Source: a virus
Lineage: Duplodnaviria; Heunggongvirae; Uroviricota; Caudoviricetes
IMG/VR virus record: IMGVR_UViG_3300028591_000080
Span: 95,745 to 159,744 of that record
Reading direction: 5' to 3' (one strand)
DNA: 64,000 nucleotides
Every line of letters starts with the position of its first letter. The first letter of the stretch is position 1. Below are positions 13,749 to 23,914 of the stretch, in pieces. A program made the translations under genes and the position numbers. The notes below the pieces were generated by a model. The model was not told the DNA's origin, did no database searches, and was given only the letters and a program-made list of their open reading frames with translations.

Positions 13749-14561
13749 TTAATCCTTCTTATATTTCTTTTTCATCATTTCATTATATTTATATGTACTT
13801 TTTAAATATTCATTATCTGTTTGATTTGCATAAGCACGTTCATCTTTATTAAAACAATGACTATCTCAATATGGATGACTTGGATAAACTGCTGAATGTG
13901 GTCTAGGTATTCTTTCATCTAATAAAGTTGCCTCTCTCACATTCTCAAAACAAATACCTAATTTTTGACAACCTTCTCAAATACTTGTTCAGAAACTAAC
14001 TGTATTAGCTAAATAAGCATTTTCAGTTAATTTTGCGGCTTCAGCTTCCTTTCTAGTTACATATCTAAATATATGCCTTGCATCAAATACTTCTTGATAT
14101 ATTTCCTGAACTTTTTGACAGTCCTCGACATCTCCACCGAGAATTGTAAAATCATAACTAAAATTATTACAATGCTGTGTTGCACCACTATGTTCAGGAC
14201 TATGAATTATATGTTTACTTGTTTGTTCGACTAAATAATCACAATAACCAACATTAACTGTCGATTTAATTAGATAAATTTTAGCATTTACTTCGTTTAT
14301 AGCATCATAAACTAAATGACAATCTAAAACTCCACTTTCTTTATCATATGGTGTTGGAACTGCAACTATTGCCAAATCATATTCTACATCTTTTATTCTT
14401 TCTAAAGCATCTTCAAATTTTAATAGTTCTTGTTTTCCAGTAGAAAATAACATACTTCCATTTAAATCTAAAATATCCGGAGTATATCTTTCAAATAATA
14501 CATCATATTCAAGTTTACCTACAACTCCAAACCCAACAACGACAATACGTTTATCTAACAT
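13749..14561 (-). CDS. UDP-glucose/GDP-mannose dehydrogenase-like protein, short form (270 aa); code 4
   Basis: VVGFGVVG Rossmann motif, IAVPTP, IKSTV, SPE, KLTENAYLA; TGA read-through adds HCFNKD (catalytic Cys motif). Confidence 0.8.
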
Positions 14562-14632
14562 ATTTAACTCCTAAATTTATTACTATAATATATTATAATA
14601 TATTATACAATATTAACAAAAGAAGATCAAGA

Positions 14633-15616
14633 TTACTTTTCTTGATCTTCTTTATCTAACATTAATAGTTCTTTTATTTTACTTACACTTATATGTCCAC
14701 AAAGTGTACAACAATTATGAGGACATATTTTTGGTTCTTTTAATAATTTAAAATTCTCTATTGGCTCTTTAAATTTACAATTAGACTCACCAAGTCTTCC
14801 AACATGATAATCTTGTTCTAAATATACAAAATCATAATCTCGAGTACAATAATAACCTTTAAAAACTCCATAAGAATTATAATCAGTAGTTTCTCCACTA
14901 ATGAATTCATTTCTAGTTTTAAATAATAATTCTTCATCTAAGTCAGTTATTATTTTATATCTATTAGATTTTTGTTTACTAGCACCTACTTTTAGTTTTT
15001 GTTTTATCTCAGGTGGTTGTGATAAATCTCTTTCGACAAAATAACTCAATTGATTTTCTTCACAATAAGAAATAAATCTTTCGACTAATTCTTGATTATC
15101 TATTCTTGAAACTAATTCAGCTCTAATTCCTTTTTGATTAGTTGGAGATTTAATTTGTTGAAATTTTTCCATGAATTTTTCAAGAGAGACGAATTCAGAA
15201 TGAAAGCTACAAGTTATTCCCAATTCAGCGCCAAAAGAATGAACTAATTCGCATAAGTTGGTATAAAATTGAGCTGGTTTACTCATATTTGTTGTTATAT
15301 TAACTCTGAATAACTTTCCATCTGATAACATGAATAATAATCTTAACATTTTATCTAGATCAAATAAAGAAACCTCACCACCAATTAAATCTAATTTAAC
15401 TTTTCCAGGTAATTCTCTTATAATTTTAGCTACAGATGGAATTGCTCTATAAATTTTATTTGAATCTTCTTCTATTTTATTTAAGGATCTATCTGGAGCG
15501 AATTGTGCATATCTTAAACAGTAAGAACAAGCATAATTACAAACATCTGTCATTCTTCATTTGATAACAGATTGACACTTACCTTTTATATCTAATACAG
15601 CTTTTATATTATCCAT
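14633..15616 (-). CDS. Radical SAM protein (327 aa); code 4
   Basis: Start MDNIKAV with SD; IK-W(TGA 15557)-RMTDVCNYACSYC, IGGEVS, ITTNMS; third paralog of the W..T..CNY.C.YC type. Confidence 0.85.
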
Positions 15617-15708
15617 AAGAGTAATCTCCTTATATAATGTATAATACAATATATTATTTAATAATAAAAAACATTGTATATTTAATATGACTGAGAGGTT
15701 AAATTTTT

Positions 15709-16032
15709 ATGATAATTAAAATTTCAAAAATCGATTATATAAAAGAAGAAGAAAAAATAAAAATTCCAGATACTTTTACTGATTCCACTGGTCGTTCTAA
15801 TGCTTATAAAATAGCGGCGGATTGGTTGTATAGAAGAAATAACAAGGTCGAAGAAAAACGCAAACCTGGACCAACCAAGATATTACCTGATGAACTATTA
15901 ATGGCTATAGACGTACGTTCTGTAGATGATTTAACAAATGTAAGTACTGAATTACTTGTAAAAAAGTATATAAGAGAAAAAACTGGTTGTGAAGCTAGAT
16001 CATTTAGATTGTCATGTGAATATTTTGAATAA
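15709..16032 (+). CDS. Hypothetical protein
   Basis: 107 aa ORF with GAGG SD; ends at the bidirectional terminator 16035-16063. Confidence 0.6.
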   Translation: MIIKISKIDYIKEEEKIKIPDTFTDSTGRSNAYKIAADWLYRRNNKVEEKRKPGPTKILPDELLMAIDVRSVDDLTNVSTELLVKKYIREKTGCEARSFRLSCEYFE

Positions 16033-16034
16033 AT

Positions 16035-16063
16035 AAAAAAAGACTAAGAAATTAGTCTTTTTT
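16035..16063. terminator. Bidirectional intrinsic terminator
   Basis: AAAAAAAGACTAA-gaaa-TTAGTCTTTTTTT between convergent genes. Confidence 0.8.
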
Positions 16064-16110
16064 TATTTTATATAGAATCTAGGTATTTCTTTTAATATTA
16101 AATTCAGGTC

Positions 16111-17448
16111 TTATAGTTTAACATTTCTATATTTATCTACCACCCAATTATTAACTACTTTATCTATCTCAATTTTATGAACGACTAATTCATAATTACC
16201 AAAATCTGTTTGAGAATAGATTCCATATCTAAATTCATGTTTATTAAACCATCTTTCGTATTTCCATTTACCATCATTTATTTCAATAGAATCAGATGTA
16301 ATATTAATACTAATCGTATAATCTTGATTTAATTCAAAGTTATCCAATTTAGTATAATGATTTACATTACAATTATCTTTATAAGTAATATAAATACTAT
16401 TATCTATAATAGAAATTCTAATTACTGGAACATGTCCATTATCTAAAGAATGTAATTGTAAAACTGTAAATTCTTTATAATCTTCTGCTTTAGTTACTTT
16501 AAATGAATACTTAATTGAATTACTATTTACTGATCTTTCATCTCTTGGTGTCGAGTGATTAGTGAAATAAACTTTCGTATATTTATTTAAATTTAAAGTA
16601 AATTTCATTGGATGGGCTAATTGTTCTACTAATAAGACACGTCTTTGATGAGATAACATTAGTTTTAATTTTTCATCAAAAATTGGATTACGATGAGCTA
16701 GATCATATAAGCTACAAAAATATTTTCTAATAAAACTACATACAGAACCATTAATTGGTTCAGCACCTTTCCAGCCGTGTTGAATATATCCAAAAACTTT
16801 TCTATTTTCTCAATGTCTTGTTGGAACATTTATATAACTTTTAGTTAAACCACCTTGAGCAATTCTAATCATTGCACATAATTCATCTTGATGACCACCA
16901 AATAATTCTGTTAAGTCTTCTCCATCATAAGGTTTTAAAGTATAACATTCATTAGGTAGTCTATGTGGTACTAAACCTTCATAACCATAATATTTTCCAC
17001 CTCTATAAATTAACCCAGCATTAGTATAAAAACAATTTTCTAAAGCTACAGGCCTCTTAGAAAAAGAACAAACACATAATTTTTGATCTTCATCCATAGA
17101 TTTTATAACATCATCATAATATTTATCTATTCCTTCTTCAAATTCCATGTCATCATCTAATAATGCATAATAATCTGAGTTTGGATAGAGCATAGCACAA
17201 TCATTCCTCATTTTCATTAACGGTACTTTAGGTTTTTCAATTTTATAATCTTTAAAAATATATTTAAAATCAAAAGGTTCAAATCAAGTTATAGTATCTT
17301 GAATTTGCTGTTCAGTATATGGAGGTTGAAAACAAATTCCAAAAGATATTTTATCTTTAATTGATAATAAATATTTTAATGATTTAACTAAATATTTTTC
17401 AATTGTATCTGGTTCGCATGTTGGTAGGACAAATGTTAACTTTGACAT
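16111..17448 (-). CDS. Glycosyltransferase fused to a polysaccharide-lyase-like (PL7-like) domain (445 aa); code 4
   Basis: Read codon by codon: start MSKLTFVLPTCEP, LLDDDM, TGA 16810, open in frame into 16111-16659 (TVLQLH and FRYGIYSQ resemble PL7 QIH and YFKAGxYxQ). Confidence 0.7.
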
Positions 17449-17652
17449 GTAATCTCCTTTCTAACAATCCGCTCATTTAAAAATACTTAATTTACTCTTT
17501 TTCACTTAAAACTTTTTCAATAAGTCAGACAATAAAAACAATAAGTGTATATAATTTATTATACAATATTATTTATAAGTATTTTATTACTAAATTTATT
17601 GTATTATATTATATAAAATTATTATATAAAATTATTAAAAGGTATTATAAAT

Positions 17653-18297
17653 ATGGAAATCAAGTATTTTGTTAGGACTACTGGTGAGAGAAAGCTAGAT
17701 GAATCATTTAATCAAATAGAATATGAATTATTAATAGATAAAGAACACAAGCCAATTACTTCGTTTATAGCACAGCTAAAATATATTAATGAGTATAATG
17801 CTATTTTATTAGAAGATGATGTAATATTGTGTAAAGATTTTAAAACAAAAATTGAAGAGGTTATTAATCAGTATAAAGATGATATTATTAATTTTTTCAC
17901 TTTTCCAATGGACTATTTTACTACTCAATATTCATTTAATTTTTGTTATAATCAATGCACTTATTATCCAAAAGGTTTATCTGAGATATTAGCTAATGAA
18001 ATGATTACTTGTTTTAAGCTTTATCCAGATATTCGTGGTTATGATTGTTTAGAAAATAAAGTTTTAAATAAATTGAAATTACCACATTTACAATATCGTC
18101 CATGCTTAGTACAGCATAATGATAAGAAAAGTTTAATAAGTTTTTCGTCTGAAGGTAGAATAACTCCATACTTTATAGATTATTTAAATGAATTAAAAAT
18201 TAATTATGAAAGTAAAGATACGTTAATAAAAAGATTAGACCTATTAAAATTAAGAAATGAACATTTAAATATTAGATTAAATAAAAAAAGCTCTTAA
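17653..18297 (+). CDS. Glycosyltransferase, GT25-like
   Basis: ILLEDD motif, PCLVQH C-terminal motif; paralog of 20628-21272. Confidence 0.7.
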   Translation: MEIKYFVRTTGERKLDESFNQIEYELLIDKEHKPITSFIAQLKYINEYNAILLEDDVILCKDFKTKIEEVINQYKDDIINFFTFPMDYFTTQYSFNFCYNQCTYYPKGLSEILANEMITCFKLYPDIRGYDCLENKVLNKLKLPHLQYRPCLVQHNDKKSLISFSSEGRITPYFIDYLNELKINYESKDTLIKRLDLLKLRNEHLNIRLNKKSS

Positions 18298-18317
18298 TGA
18301 GCTTTTTATTTTATAAA

Positions 18318-19067
18318 CTATGAATAAGATACAACAGGAGCTTTTTCAACAGTAAATACTTCAGATATATTTGAAATAGTTCCACTTTCTGGAAGTGTTG
18401 CAGATACCCAAGTAACGTCTGAACCACTTATCTCTTGACCAGCTTCCCACACTATAATTGAATTATAAAGTATAGCTTTATCATAAGATTCACTACCTAA
18501 ATTTGGAAAATATAATAAATTTGAACCAATTGCTTCACTTATATTATCTAAGAATTCTCTAACTGTTATTCCATCATATATTTTTACACCAGAAATATAC
18601 TTTGATGAATAAATGCCAGTAATTTCTATTTCTAAATTGTATATTGGTTTATTGTCTGATGTTGTTCCATTGCGGTTAGAAGCTGTTTTGTCTAATACTA
18701 TACGACCTGCACTACGATTATAGTTTTGATCAAAAAGTTCAAATAAACATAAACATAAATTAGTATAAGTTACAGTAGTACCATCAAATTTAGTATATTG
18801 AAAAGCTAACTGATATCCAGAATTAGAATATAAACTAAAAGTTCTATTTAAAAATTCTTCTGGTAAATTTTCTTTTAATTTATCTAGATGAACAATAAGG
18901 TTATAACCAGTAGCAGATGGAATAGTAATAGAACCTATTTTATTCTCTTTAATATTTTTAATTTCTGAACCAAAATCTTCAGCTGCAATTGGAGTTGTTT
19001 TTCCTGTTTTTTCTTGTATTGCTACAGCTACTTCATTAAAGATTGTAGTTAAATTTTTAGCCATCAT
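18318..19067 (-). CDS. Putative virion accessory protein
   Basis: N-terminal IA.AI.EKTG....I...DF.SEI pattern seen in phage tail-associated proteins; TGCTAAATT motif upstream. Confidence 0.5.
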   Translation of the reverse strand: MMAKNLTTIFNEVAVAIQEKTGKTTPIAAEDFGSEIKNIKENKIGSITIPSATGYNLIVHLDKLKENLPEEFLNRTFSLYSNSGYQLAFQYTKFDGTTVTYTNLCLCLFELFDQNYNRSAGRIVLDKTASNRNGTTSDNKPIYNLEIEITGIYSSKYISGVKIYDGITVREFLDNISEAIGSNLLYFPNLGSESYDKAILYNSIIVWEAGQEISGSDVTWVSATLPESGTISNISEVFTVEKAPVVSYS

Positions 19068-19134
19068 TTATCTCCTTATAAGACAGATTTTTTAGTCAAA
19101 TAATTTAGCAAATAAAAATAAGTCATTATCTGAC

Positions 19135-19977
19135 TTATTTTTCATATTTAGATTTATCTTTAAAATTATTTTTAAATCAATTATTTAATTCTTCGTTATC
19201 ATAAACACTAAGATTACTTCCATCATCATTTATACAGACTACTTGATTAAACTTACTATTTAAGCATCTAGGCGTATTTCTAAAATATAATGAATTATGG
19301 ATTTTAGATTTAGTGGTTTTTCCAATCTTTTTTAAATAAAAACTAAATAAATAAACATTAAAATTAAATTCAGTACGTGTTTTTGAAATAGAATTTAATA
19401 TTTCATTTTTATAAATATTAAAACACTCAATACATTTGCTCTTTAATAATGTTTTAATAGAGTGGTTCATTGAAACAACATAATCATTTCCAAAAATTAG
19501 CCTACATCCATTTTTAACGTGATTTCCATATATTCCTATTGGAAATCTATCTGTGAAGCTTTGACAAACTTTATCCTCGATGAAAAATTGTGTTCTTAAT
19601 AATGGTTTAATTACAAATACATCATCATTAAAATATAAAAAGTGTTCTGATAATCCAGGAATGTTTTGTAAAAACATCTCTATGGTACAACTACTATAAA
19701 CAGGTAGAAATTCTTTTGGAATAAAATCTTCATGTTTTATTATTTTTATTTTTGATTTATCTATGAATTCAGGCACTTGTGAGTCACTTTGAACGATCAA
19801 AAATAAATTATTTATCCAAGGAAGATTTTTATCAATACATCTAAAGAAATATTTAAAAAAATCTCCTTGTCCTCTAAAACGTTCTTTTTGAATTCTTATA
19901 TTATTTTGTTTAGCTAATTCTATCCAATTTTCATCATTCATATCTACATATGGAACGACTAAATCTATATCAGACAT
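19135..19977 (-). CDS. Stealth-family hexose-1-phosphotransferase (280 aa); code 4
   Basis: CR1 DIDLVVPYVD; CR2 LPW..HEDFIP..IPGLSEHFLYFNDD; TGA 19177 read-through completes CR4 (W F..F..KSKYE). Confidence 0.85.
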
Positions 19978-19978
19978 T

Positions 19979-20641
19979 TTAAACTCCTTCTGTTAAGAAT
20001 TTTTGTCTATAAATAATATTTGTACTTTTGTAATCTTTTAATGCATATCTAACTAATTTTCGCACATCAGGCATAAAATAATCATCAAAAATAATAATAG
20101 TATTTTCATCAATATTATTTTTTAATTTATCAAAAATGACTTTATCTATATCAAAGATATGAGAACAATCAAAAAAGATTAGATCATAAATTACGTCTTG
20201 TTTAATTGTTTCTCGTGCATCGCCGTAAATTAAATCATAATTATTATAGTCTTTTAATCTATCTTTTATAATATCTGCATAATCTTTATCTACTTCATAA
20301 ATATCTAAATATGCATCTTCGTTCATATTATCAAGTATCCAAATAGATGAGCTTCCATATCTACCACCAATCTCAGCTATTTTGTTAAACTTTTTTATAT
20401 TTTTAATATATTTATTTATAGATGGCTTAATATTGATATTACTAAAAATAGTATTAGGTTCATAAGTATATGTTCTTGGCTCATTTATAAAAATAGGTTT
20501 TTTATCTACAAATTTAATATGTGGACCATTAAACATAATTTCATTAGTTTGAATTATTTCTTGTTTTTTAAAATCACTATGATTACTTATTATAATAGAA
20601 TTCGAATCCTGCCAGAAGACAGCTTTATTATCGATTAACAT
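19979..20641 (-). CDS. Class I SAM-dependent methyltransferase
   Basis: IAEIGGRYGSSS, YDLIFFDCSH and IIFDDY motifs. Confidence 0.8.
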   Translation of the reverse strand: MLIDNKAVFWQDSNSIIISNHSDFKKQEIIQTNEIMFNGPHIKFVDKKPIFINEPRTYTYEPNTIFSNINIKPSINKYIKNIKKFNKIAEIGGRYGSSSIWILDNMNEDAYLDIYEVDKDYADIIKDRLKDYNNYDLIYGDARETIKQDVIYDLIFFDCSHIFDIDKVIFDKLKNNIDENTIIIFDDYFMPDVRKLVRYALKDYKSTNIIYRQKFLTEGV

Positions 20642-21272
20642 CTTTATTTACCTCTTCTTTAAAGTATTTATCTCTTAATTTACTTAATTCTTTTCTATAT
20701 TTTAAAACATCTAAGTTATTGTAGTCAAGGTTTAATTCATCTAAGTAATTTTTAAACCAAATAGTTGTTCTTGCTTCTTTTCCAGGCTGTAATATTGACG
20801 AATGGTCATTATGTTGAACTAAGCAAGGTCTATAGATTATATGCGGTATACCTAAATTCATTAATGCTCTACTTTCAACTTGAGACCACAATCTTGCTGA
20901 TGATGGCCACCACTTTAAAATCTTTTTCATTTCTTCAGCTAAAATTTTTCCAATTCCTTTTGGATAATAAGTACATTGATTGTAAGTAAAATCTTCTAAT
21001 GTTAAAGTTGTTTGAAAATAATATTTAGGACGTGAGAAAAAGTTAATTATTTTATCTGAATATTTAGCTATAACTTTTTCAATCTCATTTTGAAAATCTT
21101 TACATAAAACAAGATCATCTTCTAATAACACAGCATCATATTCACTTATAATCTCTAATTGACTAATAAAACTATTTATTGGATCGTGATTATAATCATA
21201 TAAAGGTGTAACATTTAATGGAGAATAATCAAAAGATCGTTCTCCAGTAGTTCTAACAAAGTATTTAATCAT
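20628..21272 (-). CDS. Glycosyltransferase, GT25-like
   Basis: VLLEDD and PCLVQH motifs; paralog of 17653-18297. Confidence 0.7.
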   Translation of the reverse strand: MIKYFVRTTGERSFDYSPLNVTPLYDYNHDPINSFISQLEIISEYDAVLLEDDLVLCKDFQNEIEKVIAKYSDKIINFFSRPKYYFQTTLTLEDFTYNQCTYYPKGIGKILAEEMKKILKWWPSSARLWSQVESRALMNLGIPHIIYRPCLVQHNDHSSILQPGKEARTTIWFKNYLDELNLDYNNLDVLKYRKELSKLRDKYFKEEVNKDVNR

Positions 21273-21301
21273 AAAATTCTCCTATAAAGCGCCGGATATA
21301 C

Positions 21302-21820
21302 CTATTTTTGCGTTTTATAATATCTCTTAATATCTTTTAATACATCATCTGAAAAGTCATAATATGACTTAGAATAAGTTTTGTCCCATGTTTGATTAAG
21401 TGTAAAAACATATAAGTTTATATTTGATGAAAGCATCACATCGATTATTATACTAATCTTTTCATATTGTTCATTTGTTAGTTCTTCACATGGAAGCATA
21501 ATCCAACCCATAGTTAATCCTATATCACATCTAACACGAACACAATTACATAAATCCATGAATTGACTTCCTTCTTTAACTTCTTGGAAGTCTCCATTAA
21601 GTTTAATATCTCCACTTGAGATTAAAAATTTATCAATCTCATCATGAGATAATGTGTCGACCATTCTTCCATCTGGATAAATATATAACCCTAGATTTTG
21701 AAGTCTATCTAATGGTTTATTAAACATGAATTTACTATAAACTTTAGAAAGACATACTTCTTTATTTTTAGATGCTAAACTTAAGTCTAGTTTATTTGTG
21801 TACAAATTTTGATTAAACAT
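21302..21820 (-). CDS. Hypothetical protein
   Basis: 172 aa ORF overlapping the upstream GT2 stop. Confidence 0.6.
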   Translation of the reverse strand: MFNQNLYTNKLDLSLASKNKEVCLSKVYSKFMFNKPLDRLQNLGLYIYPDGRMVDTLSHDEIDKFLISSGDIKLNGDFQEVKEGSQFMDLCNCVRVRCDIGLTMGWIMLPCEELTNEQYEKISIIIDVMLSSNINLYVFTLNQTWDKTYSKSYYDFSDDVLKDIKRYYKTQK

Positions 21821-22793
21821 TTTTTACCTCTTTTAAATTTATAGTTATTTGTTTTGAAGCTAACCAATCTGGAAGCGTTTGAATTAATATTAAATCATTA
21901 ATAATTGGTCGATTTAATGGAGTTGAAGTTAAACGATTTATAAGTTCTTTATAATTAATTAATTTAAAATCTTCTGAAAACTCTGAACGAATTGTTTGCC
22001 ATTGATCAAGGTTTTTAATATTAAATCGTTTTTCAACATCAAAACATTGAAATAAAAGGTCAATTAACTTTGTTTTAAAATATTCTTTATTAGATCTAAG
22101 TTTTAATTCTTTTAACGTTAATATATAAGCTTGAATTAGTGATAAACGAATCTCTAATTGTTTTTCAATTGAATTATTCTTTTTAAAATCTGTAATTGAA
22201 TCAGGTCTATATTTATAAATGTATATTGCGTCATCAATTAAACTAATCTTCGGTTTTTCACAAAGAACGAGATTATTAAAATAAAAATCTTCATTCCAAA
22301 TAATAATATCTTTATTCCATTTAATATTCTTTTCAAGTAAAAATGCACGTTTATATACTTTTCCATGTATTTCATAACTTCCGATCAAAGATTTTGCTTG
22401 AAGCATTTCTACTTTTCCTTTTACATCTTGAAATCTACTACCAATAATAAAATCTGCATTAGTTTTCTTAATACATTCTAAGATTTTATATAATGAATCT
22501 ATCCTTGAGAACAGATCATCACAGTCGCAGAACATGATATAATCAGCAGTAGCATGATCCATTCCAAATTGTCTAGAGTCTGATAATCCAGACCAATCTT
22601 TAACTAAATACTTTATTTTAAAATCATATTTAGATAATAGATCTTCACTAATTAATTTTTCATTTCCATCGTTGATTAATAATACTTCAAAATCGTTTTT
22701 ATCAATATAATCTTGAACTTTTACACTATCTAAAAATCTTTCAACATATCCAGGATGTTCTTTATAATGAGTAACTATTAATTGTAATAACAT
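21813..22793 (-). CDS. GT2 glycosyltransferase
   Basis: LLINDG, GLSDSRQFG, YIMFCDCDD, WNED motifs. Confidence 0.9.
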   Translation of the reverse strand: MLLQLIVTHYKEHPGYVERFLDSVKVQDYIDKNDFEVLLINDGNEKLISEDLLSKYDFKIKYLVKDWSGLSDSRQFGMDHATADYIMFCDCDDLFSRIDSLYKILECIKKTNADFIIGSRFQDVKGKVEMLQAKSLIGSYEIHGKVYKRAFLLEKNIKWNKDIIIWNEDFYFNNLVLCEKPKISLIDDAIYIYKYRPDSITDFKKNNSIEKQLEIRLSLIQAYILTLKELKLRSNKEYFKTKLIDLLFQCFDVEKRFNIKNLDQWQTIRSEFSEDFKLINYKELINRLTSTPLNRPIINDLILIQTLPDWLASKQITINLKEVKNV

Positions 22794-22806
22794 TTCTCAC
22801 TCCATA

Positions 22807-23817
22807 TTATTTTAAATACTTTTGTTTTAAATTTTCAATAAATTGTTCTAATGTATCTTTTGGAACTAAATACACTTGTTTTTCTTCAAAGAATCTCTTT
22901 ACTAATGCTGTATATAACGTAGAAGCAAGTCTTGGAGAAACATAATCTAAATATTGTTTATATTTTTCGTATAATTCAATAAACTCTTTTTCAACTTGTT
23001 CTCTATGTGCAGTATATTCTCGAACTAAATCTATATTTGAATCAATTGAAGTTATTAAGAAATAAACTTCATACATAGTTATAAATAATTTAACACCAGC
23101 ATCTTTTAATTTATCTAATTCAATATAAGCCTTAATTGCTTCTCTTTGCGAATTTAAACAATTTAAATAGTCTAGCATTTCAGTTTTACCATCGCCACGA
23201 GTACTGCTTGTAGCACGATATTTCCATGCATATAAATCTAAATTAATTCCGAATTTCTTTGGTCTGAATGCATCAACCAATCGAACAAAATAAGCATCTT
23301 CAAAGTTATTTAATGATTTGTTCCAACTAATATCATTATCTTTTAAAAATTTTGTTCTAAAACATTTTCCATGGATCCAAACATTCTCATTATAATAATC
23401 TCTAAATCCTTTTGTTAATCCATTGTCGTCTACAAAGTTAGTTTTAAAAATGGTAAATAGTACATCTGGTTTTTCTTTTATTAATGCATGTTTAATTGTA
23501 GCTAGAGCATCAAAACGTAAAAATGTATCGTCACAATCACAGAACATAACATAGTCAGCTGTTGCACGATTTAATCCATGTTGTCTAACTCCACTTCGTC
23601 CACTCCACTCATTTACATGATATCTAATTTTAAATGGATAATTTTCAAAAAGTGATTTATCATAAACAACTTTATCTCCATCATTTTCGATTAAAACTTC
23701 TAAATCTCTAAAATCAAACCACTGTTGTAATTTTAAAACATTTAATAAATTTTTAATATATGACTCATCTTCGTCATAATGAATTACGATTAATTGTAAT
23801 AACATATATCTTCTCAC
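22807..23817 (-). CDS. GT2 glycosyltransferase
   Basis: VLIENDG, GRSGVRQHG, YVMFCDCDD, FED motifs; tandem paralog of 21813-22793. Confidence 0.9.
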   Translation of the reverse strand: MRRYMLLQLIVIHYDEDESYIKNLLNVLKLQQWFDFRDLEVLIENDGDKVVYDKSLFENYPFKIRYHVNEWSGRSGVRQHGLNRATADYVMFCDCDDTFLRFDALATIKHALIKEKPDVLFTIFKTNFVDDNGLTKGFRDYYNENVWIHGKCFRTKFLKDNDISWNKSLNNFEDAYFVRLVDAFRPKKFGINLDLYAWKYRATSSTRGDGKTEMLDYLNCLNSQREAIKAYIELDKLKDAGVKLFITMYEVYFLITSIDSNIDLVREYTAHREQVEKEFIELYEKYKQYLDYVSPRLASTLYTALVKRFFEEKQVYLVPKDTLEQFIENLKQKYLK

Positions 23818-23914
23818 AGTCTATAGTCTATATCTATATATTATACAAAATAAGATAAAAATAAAAAGATGAGCTTTTAAACCCATCTTTTTATTTTTAT
23901 CTTATAATAAATTT

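Noticed and set aside
8470-17448. Apparent pseudogene-rich or non-coding desert in the code-11 track
   Set aside because: Fully coding with tight gene coupling once TGA is read as Trp; not pseudogenes.
17653-17700. AGG-to-Met reassignment known from some uncultured Bacilli
   Set aside because: AGG encodes the R in FVRTTGER, and the paralog at 20628-21272 has AGA at the same position.
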